Below the pieces are notes generated by a model. It was not told the origin of the DNA and searched no databases. It saw only the letters and a program-made list of their open reading frames with translations. Position numbers and translations under genes: made by a program. Source: a virus. Taken from it: 46,108 nucleotides of DNA. Below are positions 14,491-21,981 of the stretch, one piece after another; within the stretch, counting starts at the first letter, position 1, and the number at the start of each line of letters is the position of its first letter. The stretch is from positions 1 through 46,108 of the IMG/VR virus record IMGVR_UViG_3300045988_154120, one strand, 5' to 3'.

Positions 14491-14817
14491 TTAATCAAAG
14501 ATTGATTGTACTGCATCTAGTACTTCTTGAAGAATGTGTCGAGGGCATTCTTCTTTTTTTGTTACTTTTCGTGCTTTTAAATCAAGGGTTTTTACATGTT
14601 CACATAAAACACATCCTGTAGTTTTCATTTTGGGGTCTAAAGGAATATGCATAGGGAAATTTTTCGTATTATTTGTAATAGGGCAAATAATATACAATCC
14701 CATAATTCTATTATAATCATCATTCGATATGATCAAGCACGGTCTGTCACCTGCTTGTTCATGGCCTCTAACGGGGTCTAAATTTGTGAACACTATATCG
14801 CCTTGTTTGTAGTACAT
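14491..14817 (-). CDS. mazF: MazF/PemK-family endoribonuclease toxin
   Basis: GDIVFTNLDPVRGHEQAGDRPCLIIS...ICPIT is typical of PemK/MazF. Its ATG overlaps the stop of the antitoxin gene. Confidence 0.85.
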   Translation of the reverse strand: MYYKQGDIVFTNLDPVRGHEQAGDRPCLIISNDDYNRIMGLYIICPITNNTKNFPMHIPLDPKMKTTGCVLCEHVKTLDLKARKVTKKEECPRHILQEVLDAVQSIFD

Positions 14818-15068
14818 TAAAAAACCTCCTTACCGACTACTTCATCAGACCATATTTCTTCTTGCTGTGTTGGGCCTTCATAATTGGCAAAACGTTCGGC
14901 AATAGACATACGTCTTTTCTTGTTTGGTGTAAGTGTAATTGAATTGCTTTCTACTGTCATTTGTAATTCATCGCCCGTTTTGAGTGACAGAAGTTCCATA
15001 ACTGCCATAGGCAATCTTATCCCTTGACTGTTACCCCATTTTGTAATTTTTAAACTGCTGTTTGACAT
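14817..15068 (-). CDS. mazE: MazE/AbrB(SpoVT)-type antitoxin
   Basis: KWGNSQGIRLPMAVMELLSLKTGDEL is the swapped-hairpin AbrB/MazE motif. It lies upstream of mazF. Confidence 0.8.
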   Translation of the reverse strand: MSNSSLKITKWGNSQGIRLPMAVMELLSLKTGDELQMTVESNSITLTPNKKRRMSIAERFANYEGPTQQEEIWSDEVVGKEVF

Positions 15069-15097
15069 AATATACCTCCCATCTCCTCTAAAATAAG

Positions 15098-15125
15098 TAT
15101 ATACATTGTATATTTATATTGTCAA
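15098..15125 (-). promoter_or_regulatory. mazEF promoter (TTGACA-N16-TATATA) overlapped by a 15-bp palindrome, ATATACA-T-TGTATAT
   Basis: The -35 is at 15120..15125 and the palindrome at 15099..15113. Confidence 0.55.
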
Positions 15126-15158
15126 CAAAAAAACGTCAATTATATTTGACGTTTTTTA
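15125..15158. terminator. Bidirectional intrinsic terminator
   Basis: An A7 run, AAACGTCAA-loop-TTGACGTTT, then a T6 run. Confidence 0.6.
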
Positions 15159-15191
15159 AAATTTGCGCACTAATACCTATATGTATTAGTG

Positions 15192-15329
15192 TTATTCATT
15201 TTTAGATGATAACAGAAGTCTTTGTGCATGATTATATAGAATTTGCAAATCATCCACATTAAGTTTTTCTACTAGGATAATTAATTTTGTTATCCATAAA
15301 TCCCTTTTCATAAGATCATCCCTTTCCAT
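15192..15329 (-). CDS. Possible 45-aa (or 39-aa) helical micro-protein
   Basis: Manual translation gives MERDDLMKRDLWITKLIILVEKLNVDDLQILYNHAQRLLLSSKNE. It lies between a promoter-like element and the 15125..15158 terminator, and its SD is weak. Confidence 0.3.
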   Translation of the reverse strand: MERDDLMKRDLWITKLIILVEKLNVDDLQILYNHAQRLLLSSKNE

Positions 15330-15347
15330 TCAGTTTTTATGAACAAA

Positions 15348-15398
15348 AAGGAAAACGTTTTCCTTATTCTAATATAAGTCTTAAATTTTATATGTCAA
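15348..15398 (-). promoter_or_regulatory. Promoter-like TTGACA-N16-TATATT followed at once by a perfect 18-bp palindrome, AAGGAAAACGTTTTCCTT
   Basis: The -35 is at 15393..15398, the -10 at 15371..15376 and the palindrome at 15348..15365. Confidence 0.4.
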
Positions 15399-15666
15399 TG
15401 CCTGCTTTGTATTAAATTGTACAAATATAATACTAATATGTACAAGTGGTTATATATTACATTACCAGTCTCGATTTTTTTTCGGGGGGTAGAATTTTTA
15501 ATGAAATTTTGGCTATATTATTAATGACTGATTTTTTTGTAAATGTTTATTAATATTTTGTATTTTTCATTACCCTTTTTAAAATGTGGTGTTATTATTC
15601 ATGTGTACATGATAAATATTTTAGGCTTTTTTCTATTCCCTCAAGAAAAGATTAGCAGAGAATGAA

Positions 15667-15712
15667 AAACAGATAGTGGTGTTGAGCAGCATACACTATC
15701 TGTTTTTCTTTG
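15667..15712. terminator. Intrinsic terminator hairpin
   Basis: AAACAGATAGTG-N14-CACTATCTGTTT followed by TTCTTTG, with an A-run upstream. Confidence 0.6.
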
Positions 15713-15821
15713 TACACATAAAAAAAGGAAGCAGTGTCGTTTTCAAGACTGCCCCCTCAAAACTAATGTTTTTCCTTGCACCTATAGTTTAACACAGATT
15801 AATAATAGATGTCACATTTAT

Positions 15822-15883
15822 AACAACTTATTCATCATATCAACAATGCTCTTATCTTTCGTATCAAACCAGTGTGCATATGT
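15822..15883. repeat. Orphan copy of the integrase 3' end: a 62-bp direct repeat of 16641..16702 with 2 mismatches
   Basis: Aligned by eye as AACAA(C/G)TTATTCATCATATCAACAATGCTCTTATCTTT(C/T)GTATCAAACCAGTGTGCATATGT. Confidence 0.85.
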
Positions 15884-15939
15884 TCAGTGGTATACAAATA
15901 TGTTACTACCAAGGTTCATTTAAATATTACAGTACATAA

Positions 15940-16374
15940 TCAATCGTTTTTATTCTTATTGTATAAAAATGATCCTATCAAAAATCCAAGTGGAGTAAAT
16001 ATAGCCACGAAACCTTTGCCATTCATGCCTTTTAAAACAAAATATATACCAGCTATCAAAACAATTATACAAATGATAAAAGCCATAATTTGCCCAATCA
16101 ATGTACTACGAACTTCGCTTTTTAGCATTTTCATTTCTAGTGATTGTCTATGTTTTGCCTGCTCTTCGGCCATCTTTAATATACGATCACCTGCTCCAGG
16201 TGTTACTTGTTCATATCTTGCAAAATCATCAGATGGTGGTAATGGACCGCTGAATGATTTTTGCATAGCCATCTGAACAAATTCTATTTGTTCTTCTTTT
16301 GGCATTTTGTCAAACTCATTTTCGATGTTATTTAAATCATTACTTGACTTTGAATTGAGCTGGGTTTCTTTCAT
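15940..16374 (-). CDS. DUF2335-like membrane protein; the start is uncertain (ATG 16374 preferred, tracked ORF extends to 16449)
   Basis: FSGPLPPSDDFARYEQVTPGAGDRILKMAEEQAKHRQ followed by two TM helices matches my recollection of DUF2335. Confidence 0.55.
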   Translation of the reverse strand: MKETQLNSKSSNDLNNIENEFDKMPKEEQIEFVQMAMQKSFSGPLPPSDDFARYEQVTPGAGDRILKMAEEQAKHRQSLEMKMLKSEVRSTLIGQIMAFIICIIVLIAGIYFVLKGMNGKGFVAIFTPLGFLIGSFLYNKNKND

Positions 16375-16555
16375 AATCCGACATAGCCTTTCTAATATCA
16401 TTTCCAATAGTAATCCAATCATTTGAAAGGCTTGCAGCATCATCCACAAACGTTCCTATCTTTATTTTTTTTATATTACTACCATTTATATCCATAACTT
16501 TACTTATTCCATATCCAAAACTAGAAGTAGCAAACGAAAACATATTCTTTTTCAT
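16340..16555 (-). CDS. Hypothetical protein (71 aa)
   Basis: Tracked ORF with AGGAGG 9 nt upstream. Confidence 0.5.
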   Translation of the reverse strand: MKKNMFSFATSSFGYGISKVMDINGSNIKKIKIGTFVDDAASLSNDWITIGNDIRKAMSDYERNPAQFKVK

Positions 16556-16636
16556 AGATTAACTCCTCCTATTCTATCTAAATATTACTTTAAGTGGAAA
16601 GAAAATACAATACTTTGTTAGTTGAAACTAACACTT

Positions 16637-17734
16637 TCACAACAAGTTATTCATCATATCAACAATGCTCTTATCTTTTGTATCAAACCAGTGTGCATAT
16701 GTATTGTGCAATGTTTCAACTGTATCTCCTAAGCGTTTGGCTATGTCAAAATCTGAGAATCCAGCTCCTGCCATGTTATTAATTAGAAATGATGCATGTG
16801 AATGTCTAAAATCATGAATTCTTATTTTAGGCAATTCCTCATCTTTTTCTTTCGCCTTATTGTATGCATCATCAAATCTTCTTTGTACTGTCTGAGGTGA
16901 TATTGGTTTATAATATCCAAATACAAATTTATCTTTTGTGAAATCATCCCATTTAGAACATTCTAAAAACCATTCTCGAAGCATTTTAGACAAAGTATTA
17001 GGCATTGTGATAGTTCTATAGCTATTGTTTGTTTTTGGCGGTGTAAGCCATTTATCAGGGTCTTTCTCTTTGTATCTATATGTTTTGTTGATGTCTATAG
17101 TTTGTTTTCTAAAATCAATGTCCTTCCATTGTAGGGCCATTGCTTCACCTTTTCGTAATCCCATATAGAATAAAACAGAATAAAAGCATTTCATCATTTG
17201 TTCATCTACTTCTTCAATGAATAAATCAAAATCATATTGCTGCCATATTGTCATTTCTTCTTTTCTTTCATTCAATCTGAGATCACGTTTCACATATGTC
17301 ATTGGATTGGTTGGAATGTATTCAGAAGTAACGCCAAATTTATATAGCTTATTTAAAAAGAAATATATTCTTGATACATATGCCTTTGAATATTTATCAT
17401 CAAATTTGTTGATCAAGTTTTGCATTTGCCTTTTATCTAGAAAATCAATATCTTTCATTTCCTTAGAAAGAACATTGTACAAATATTCATCTGATTTTAG
17501 TGTTGATTCTTTTACATACTTTTTATTATATTCTTTAAAAGCTTTATATAATCTATCAAAATTCATGTCTGATGGAAGCATAAAGAAATCTTTTCTGAAT
17601 TCAACCTCAGCTTTTTGTGCTTCCCATTTAGAATCAAAACCACGCTTACGATATCTCTTTATACATTTGCCATCTTTATATATTTTCCCGGCAAACATAT
17701 ATTTTCCTGTCTTCTTATCTAATTCCACTGCCAT
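16637..17734 (-). CDS. int: Phage integrase (tyrosine recombinase, 365 aa)
   Basis: GLRKGEA (Arg), IHDFRHSHAS (His-x-x-Arg) and LHNTYAHW (Tyr) are present. It is adjacent to attP-like repeats. Confidence 0.9.
   Translation of the reverse strand: MAVELDKKTGKYMFAGKIYKDGKCIKRYRKRGFDSKWEAQKAEVEFRKDFFMLPSDMNFDRLYKAFKEYNKKYVKESTLKSDEYLYNVLSKEMKDIDFLDKRQMQNLINKFDDKYSKAYVSRIYFFLNKLYKFGVTSEYIPTNPMTYVKRDLRLNERKEEMTIWQQYDFDLFIEEVDEQMMKCFYSVLFYMGLRKGEAMALQWKDIDFRKQTIDINKTYRYKEKDPDKWLTPPKTNNSYRTITMPNTLSKMLREWFLECSKWDDFTKDKFVFGYYKPISPQTVQRRFDDAYNKAKEKDEELPKIRIHDFRHSHASFLINNMAGAGFSDFDIAKRLGDTVETLHNTYAHWFDTKDKSIVDMMNNLL
16641..16702. repeat. Copy of the 62-bp direct repeat that forms the int 3' end (partner at 15822..15883)
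   Basis: Same alignment as for 15822..15883. Confidence 0.85.
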
Positions 17735-17772
17735 TTTTTGTGCCCTCTTATATGTCCATAATATGCAAAAAA

Positions 17773-17820
17773 GGGGTATAATTCAATATTTTAATATCAA
17801 ATTATACCCCAATATACCCC
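17773..17820. repeat. TATACCCC repeats, candidate integrase or Xis arm-type sites
   Basis: GGGGTATAAT (17773) and ATTATACCCC (17801) form a 10-bp inverted repeat, and a third direct copy TATACCCC lies at 17813. Confidence 0.55.
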
Positions 17821-17833
17821 AAAGCAAATAAAA

Positions 17834-17853
17834 AAGCCTTTATTTAAAGGCTT
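17834..17853 (-). terminator. Minus-strand terminator ending the lysis operon
   Basis: AAGCCTTT-ATTT-AAAGGCTT with a T-run on the minus strand. Confidence 0.55.
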
Positions 17854-17862
17854 AAATTTCAA

Positions 17863-17881
17863 TGGAGCAGATGAGGGGATT
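17863..17881 (-). other. Candidate attP core that mimics a tRNA 3' end
   Basis: The minus strand reads AATCCCCTCATCTGCTCCA, which parses as end of T-loop (AAT), T-stem 3' arm (CCCCT), acceptor 3' arm (CATCTGC), discriminator U and CCA. No full tRNA is present. Confidence 0.45.
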
Positions 17882-18050
17882 ATATAAATACTTCATATCT
17901 ATTGATATTTGATGTTATTTACATCATTATCTACGTGTTTTGATAACACTTTGTTGTTTTGTACCCCAAAATGTACCTCACTGCTTCACGCAAGAAAGAT
18001 AATACAGTATAAACTATATTATGTCAAACAATTTTTTATATTTTTTTATT

Positions 18051-19136
18051 TTATTCAATTTCTGTTAACGGTGTTGGGTCAACCCAAACACCACCAATCT
18101 TGACAATATTCTTTTGAACATTCACTGCATCGACTCTGATTCTAGATACGTAGACTACTGCATTTGTGGTATGCAGTACATTGTCATTATATCCATCTGA
18201 ATTTGGTACTTTATCTACCATACGAATAGGAAACCAACCGCCTAATTTAGACAAGTAGCAGCATAAATCATCACCAATTTTCTTCAAGCCTTGGTTGCCA
18301 ATTTTCATATGTACAGATGTAACATAGCTTCCTTCATGCAAGATTTGGTCGATAGCTTCTGCGCTAGACTGTGTAGCGCCTACTGGTGTATGGGGATCTG
18401 TATCAATACCCGCATCATCCGTCCATCCAATCGCTACCCCATTACGATCAACACGATATGGATATTTAGAGCCTTTAATAACTCTACCAATTGATCCGTT
18501 CCAATCTCCTTTTAAGATTTTAGAAGTTCCGTAGCAATTTACACTTAATGTATTTGTGCAGATAGGCGTACCGACTGAATACTTTTCACCACTTGGAGCA
18601 CTTGGTTGTGTTGGTTCTACAGTCTGGCCATCCAATTTAGAATTTACTTCTTGTGCTAATTGCTTCATCTTAGAATGTAAATAAGGCCCTGGACATGATG
18701 TTGCTGCGAACATTCTATGCTCAGTCAAGCTACCAGTTGAATCGCCAGTGTAGTTTAATCTGAATCCATATCGTTTACATACATCCACACATAGATTTAC
18801 TAATGCATTCCAAGCTTTTGATGAGATAGTCCATGTATCTGTATTATCATTAGCAATTTCAATTGTAATTGATTGGCAATCGTTGTAGTAGTTTGATGAT
18901 GTCCACGCTCTGTTTTCTTCGTCAACATTTGAAACAATCGTACCATCTGAGCCAATACAATAATTCGCACTAGCCATTCTTCCGCTTACTTGGAATGACT
19001 GAGCGCATCGCTCTGCTGTCCATTTGCAAGCCATGTGATGAGGTGTAATTTTACAAACTTTGTAGCCACCACGTCCACGCATATAGTTATCTGCACTAGC
19101 AGGAATATATTTATTCGCTAATTTAGAATATGACAT
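18051..19136 (-). CDS. Endolysin: N-acetylmuramoyl-L-alanine amidase (Amidase_2/PGRP-type) with C-terminal cell-wall-binding repeats
   Basis: ITPHHMA...ASANYCIG.DG.I...VDEENRAWTS...ITIEI...TEHRMFAATSCPG is present, and it lies downstream of the holin. Confidence 0.9.
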   Translation of the reverse strand: MSYSKLANKYIPASADNYMRGRGGYKVCKITPHHMACKWTAERCAQSFQVSGRMASANYCIGSDGTIVSNVDEENRAWTSSNYYNDCQSITIEIANDNTDTWTISSKAWNALVNLCVDVCKRYGFRLNYTGDSTGSLTEHRMFAATSCPGPYLHSKMKQLAQEVNSKLDGQTVEPTQPSAPSGEKYSVGTPICTNTLSVNCYGTSKILKGDWNGSIGRVIKGSKYPYRVDRNGVAIGWTDDAGIDTDPHTPVGATQSSAEAIDQILHEGSYVTSVHMKIGNQGLKKIGDDLCCYLSKLGGWFPIRMVDKVPNSDGYNDNVLHTTNAVVYVSRIRVDAVNVQKNIVKIGGVWVDPTPLTEIE

Positions 19137-19228
19137 TACTCTTCGCCTTCTTCTTTTCCATTTGATAGCTCTGATTGAGCTTCTTCTGATAATTCTTCAA
19201 ATTTTACTTCTTTTTCTTCATCATTCAT
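19136..19228 (-). CDS. Possible 30-aa highly acidic peptide between holin and endolysin
   Basis: Manual translation gives MNDEEKEVKFEELSEEAQSELSNGKEEGEE. GGAGGATG lies upstream and there is a TAATG overlap with the endolysin start. Confidence 0.3.
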   Translation of the reverse strand: MNDEEKEVKFEELSEEAQSELSNGKEEGEE

Positions 19229-19230
19229 TT

Positions 19231-19461
19231 TTATTCATCCTCCGGTACACTAATTTCAGGTAATCCACCAATACTAGTCAATAGCGAAACAACGCCTGAC
19301 AAAACCGCTGACGAAATTACAACTCGCCAATCAACGGCTTCTAACAATGCAGATGCTCCAATAACACCAACAGCAGTTTGAGCAATTGTCTTTAACGCTC
19401 TGATACTTGCATAATAGCCATATTGAATCCACCATTCTTTACTATATTTTTTCATTTTCAA
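19231..19461 (-). CDS. Holin (holin_4/LL-H-like)
   Basis: ALKTIAQTAVGVIGASALLEAVDWRVVISSAVLSGVVSLLTSIGGLPE is present, along with TM helices. It lies directly upstream of the endolysin. Confidence 0.8.
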   Translation of the reverse strand: MKMKKYSKEWWIQYGYYASIRALKTIAQTAVGVIGASALLEAVDWRVVISSAVLSGVVSLLTSIGGLPEISVPEDE

Positions 19462-19494
19462 ATACCTCCTATCCTAATGATAGTATTTAAATCG

Positions 19495-19513
19495 TTTGTA
19501 CACTGTACAAAAT
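19495..19513. promoter_or_regulatory. Copy 1 of the 19-nt element TTTGTACACTGTACAAAAT, whose core is a perfect 17-bp palindrome
   Basis: Identical to 41682..41700. It lies between a terminator-like hairpin and the holin SD. Confidence 0.6.
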
Positions 19514-19534
19514 AAAAGACCGTATTTAACGGCC

Positions 19535-20017
19535 TTATTGATACATATTAAACATGTCTCGTATATGTGTCTTAATCATTGTTTTTTCTTCATCTGAATC
19601 AACGCATCCATGAATCATAGTTACGATTTGTTGCATACATTTCATAGTCTTATCTAATTCACGATGAGACTTTTCTAAATCCATATCACCTTTTGTACGC
19701 GTATATTCTTCTTTGAACGCTTTATATTTTTTCAAATGTTCTGCAAGCTTATAAACAATATCTTCTGTTTCTGGATCATGAATATTATATCCATCATTAT
19801 CTTCTTTTAATCTTGCAACAGTTGAAACTCCATCTTTTCCTATCTCAATTTGATATTTATTTCTCATTGCTTCTATAGTTTCAATGTCTTTGATATTATC
19901 TAAAGCTTGAGATAATGCATGGAAATAAGATTCTGCATATCCATATTTCTCTAACATGTTTACTGACTCATGCATTATCTTCTCATTAACTTCCATTGCT
20001 TTATGCATATTTTTCAC
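19535..20017 (-). CDS. Hypothetical helical protein (160 aa)
   Basis: Tracked ORF whose start abuts the stop of 20018..20437. Confidence 0.55.
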   Translation of the reverse strand: MKNMHKAMEVNEKIMHESVNMLEKYGYAESYFHALSQALDNIKDIETIEAMRNKYQIEIGKDGVSTVARLKEDNDGYNIHDPETEDIVYKLAEHLKKYKAFKEEYTRTKGDMDLEKSHRELDKTMKCMQQIVTMIHGCVDSDEEKTMIKTHIRDMFNMYQ

Positions 20018-20437
20018 CTACGCAATCTTTTTAATGATGATATTTGCGTTTTGAACAGATAGATCTAAACCACTGTTATTTGCTAATGCAATTGTATAAG
20101 ATGCGCCACATGGAACTTGAATTAGAGTGTCTCCACTCACATTTCCATACGCACTTGCAGTTGCAACAGTATAAATAGATTGTGTTCCACCAATTGCTTC
20201 TCCGTTTTGTTCAAGTACTAAAGAAGCTTGCCCTGCCGCTGCACTCGTAATATCCGCAGTATAAGTTACTTCATAGATACCTGGCTTTGTTAGTGTAAAC
20301 AATCCACTTCCTAAATCGTGTGCCAACCATCCTTTACATGGACACTGGCAGGATTTACTTCTTACACGATCTGTAAGAAACAATACATTATTTGAATTAT
20401 CGACTGTCTGAACAGCCGTAGCAATACTATTAATCAT
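20018..20437 (-). CDS. Protein resembling the BclA C-terminal domain / ExsF (C1q/TNF-type jelly roll), 139 aa
   Basis: LTKPGIYEVTYTADITS...LVLEQNG...IQVPCGASYTIALANNS...IIIKKIA parallels the pattern seen in exosporium BclA-CTD/ExsFA (recalled from memory), and a CQCPC motif is present. Confidence 0.45.
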   Translation of the reverse strand: MINSIATAVQTVDNSNNVLFLTDRVRSKSCQCPCKGWLAHDLGSGLFTLTKPGIYEVTYTADITSAAAGQASLVLEQNGEAIGGTQSIYTVATASAYGNVSGDTLIQVPCGASYTIALANNSGLDLSVQNANIIIKKIA

Positions 20438-20524
20438 TTCTTTTATCCTCCTATTAAAATAGGGATAGCCTTTCGACTATCCCGTTAAATCCAAAGGCAA
20501 TTGCCTAATCACATATGTGCTAGA

Positions 20525-21148
20525 TTATAAGTTGTTGTAGCCATTACATCCACATCCGTTGTTGTAAGCGTAATATGGTGAACATGTAATGTATGCTGGT
20601 TTTGGTGTTGGTTGCAAAGTATTAATGATATTTGCAGATTGTGCCTGTTGACTTAATTGGAAATTAGCCGTCAATAAATCACGGTCACGATCAGCTAAAC
20701 GATCACGTAATTCTTGCATAGTGTTTGCATTGATCAACGCACGTGTTGCTTCACCTTCTGAATGAATTGCTGTTGTAATGTCACAAGTATTTTTGAAACT
20801 TTGAGCATTTACATTGTCAATTGCTCTTTGAGTGTTGCAGCAGCATTCTTGTTGCTGAGCTTGCAAGTTTTGAAGTCCTAACTGATTAGTATAGCGACTT
20901 TCTAATACATCACGTTGAGTTTGACAACCTGTTTGAGATACATTTGTGTTTGTGTTAAAAATGTCTCGTTTAATGAATTCTTCATTCAATAAAGAATCAT
21001 TTGTTAGGTTTCCGTTGCCATATCCTCCATATCCAAATAATACGAAGATTAGCAAGATCCAAATCCACCAACCTCCTCCGTCTCCAAAGCCGTCATTTCT
21101 TTCGGCTAAGTTGTAAGTTGGTTGAATTCCCATTCCGTTTTCCATCAT
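20525..21148 (-). CDS. Membrane protein with a Gly/Trp/Tyr-flanked TM helix (YjcZ tiny-TM-like), Q/N-rich coiled region and Cys clusters (207 aa)
   Basis: Contains GFGDGGGWWIWILLIFVLFGYGGYGNGN, an ECCCN motif and the C-terminal CSPYYAYNNGCGCNGYNNL. Confidence 0.5.
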   Translation of the reverse strand: MMENGMGIQPTYNLAERNDGFGDGGGWWIWILLIFVLFGYGGYGNGNLTNDSLLNEEFIKRDIFNTNTNVSQTGCQTQRDVLESRYTNQLGLQNLQAQQQECCCNTQRAIDNVNAQSFKNTCDITTAIHSEGEATRALINANTMQELRDRLADRDRDLLTANFQLSQQAQSANIINTLQPTPKPAYITCSPYYAYNNGCGCNGYNNL

Positions 21149-21189
21149 ATATGTTCTCCTTTCTTTCTATAATAACGGTTTAGCCGTTG

Positions 21190-21432
21190 TTACCTGATTC
21201 CAAATTGTTTTGCCATTTGTTGCAGTTGTTGCTTTTGTTGTGGATTTAAATTACCCATCATCTGATTTAAAATCATTTGTGGGTTTTGGCCACTGTTCAT
21301 AAGCATTTGAAATTGTTGAAATGCTTGTGGATTTTTCTGTGATAGCATATTCATTAACATTTGTTGGGGATTTCCCATATTCATCATATTCATTGGATTC
21401 ATATTACCCATAATACTTTTTAAAGGATTCAT
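21190..21432 (-). CDS. Low-complexity protein rich in Met, Asn, Gln and Pro (80 aa)
   Basis: MNPLKSIMGNMNPMNMMNMGNPQQMLMNMLSQKNPQAFQQFQMLMNSGQNPQMILNQMMGNLNPQQKQQLQQMAKQFGIR, with a 4-nt overlap to the upstream gene. Confidence 0.5.
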   Translation of the reverse strand: MNPLKSIMGNMNPMNMMNMGNPQQMLMNMLSQKNPQAFQQFQMLMNSGQNPQMILNQMMGNLNPQQKQQLQQMAKQFGIR

Positions 21433-21878
21433 TTTGTTTGTGCTCCTTTCTTTGGTTGTTCATTAGTTTGTTTTGGTGGTTTGCTTAATGCACATATCAA
21501 ATCATCTAATTTCTTTTCGATTCCATTTACACGATTTTCAATACTGTTAGAATTATCTTCCGTAATTTCTTCAAATTTGAACTTTTTAAATGTTCCATCT
21601 AAAGATTTCATATAAAAAATAGATTTATTGTTATCAAATAAAATCGTTGGTAAATTTGCATTCGCAAAGTTTCTAGCTTCCTGCTCATCGTTCACCCATT
21701 TTCCATTAAAATCAAAATTACCTTGTTGTTGTGGTGTAATCTGATTATTAATATTGATAGGTGGAATATTTGCATACTGTTGTACTTGCTGAATTTGTTG
21801 ATCTATCATTTGTCTTTGCTGCATCAAACTGTCAATTCGTGCTTGCGCTGGATTATAATTGTTATACATTTCAACCAC
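21429..21878 (-). CDS. Q-rich hypothetical protein (149 aa)
   Basis: Tracked ORF with AAAGAGGTGG upstream. Confidence 0.55.
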   Translation of the reverse strand: MVEMYNNYNPAQARIDSLMQQRQMIDQQIQQVQQYANIPPININNQITPQQQGNFDFNGKWVNDEQEARNFANANLPTILFDNNKSIFYMKSLDGTFKKFKFEEITEDNSNSIENRVNGIEKKLDDLICALSKPPKQTNEQPKKGAQTK

Positions 21879-21948
21879 CTCTTTACGATTTAATTATATG
21901 TTTACGTAATAAATAATTTAATACTCGAATAATACTCATAAAATACCC

Positions 21949-21981
21949 AAAATAAAATGAGCAATCACTATAGATTGCTCA
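21949..21981 (-). terminator. Minus-strand terminator whose loop contains the stop codon of the sigma-like gene
   Basis: TGAGCAATC-N6-GATTGCTCA followed on the minus strand by TTTTATTTT. Confidence 0.55.

Noticed and set aside
15872-16276. Plus-strand 134-aa ORF opposite the DUF2335-like gene.
   Set aside because: The minus-strand frame carries a recognisable conserved motif and TM helices. The plus frame has no SD and starts inside the int-3' remnant.
17909-18103. Plus-strand 64-aa ORF in the attP / endolysin 3' region.
   Set aside because: It has no SD, is Phe/Leu-rich and overlaps the end of the endolysin gene. The region is better explained as attP plus a terminator.
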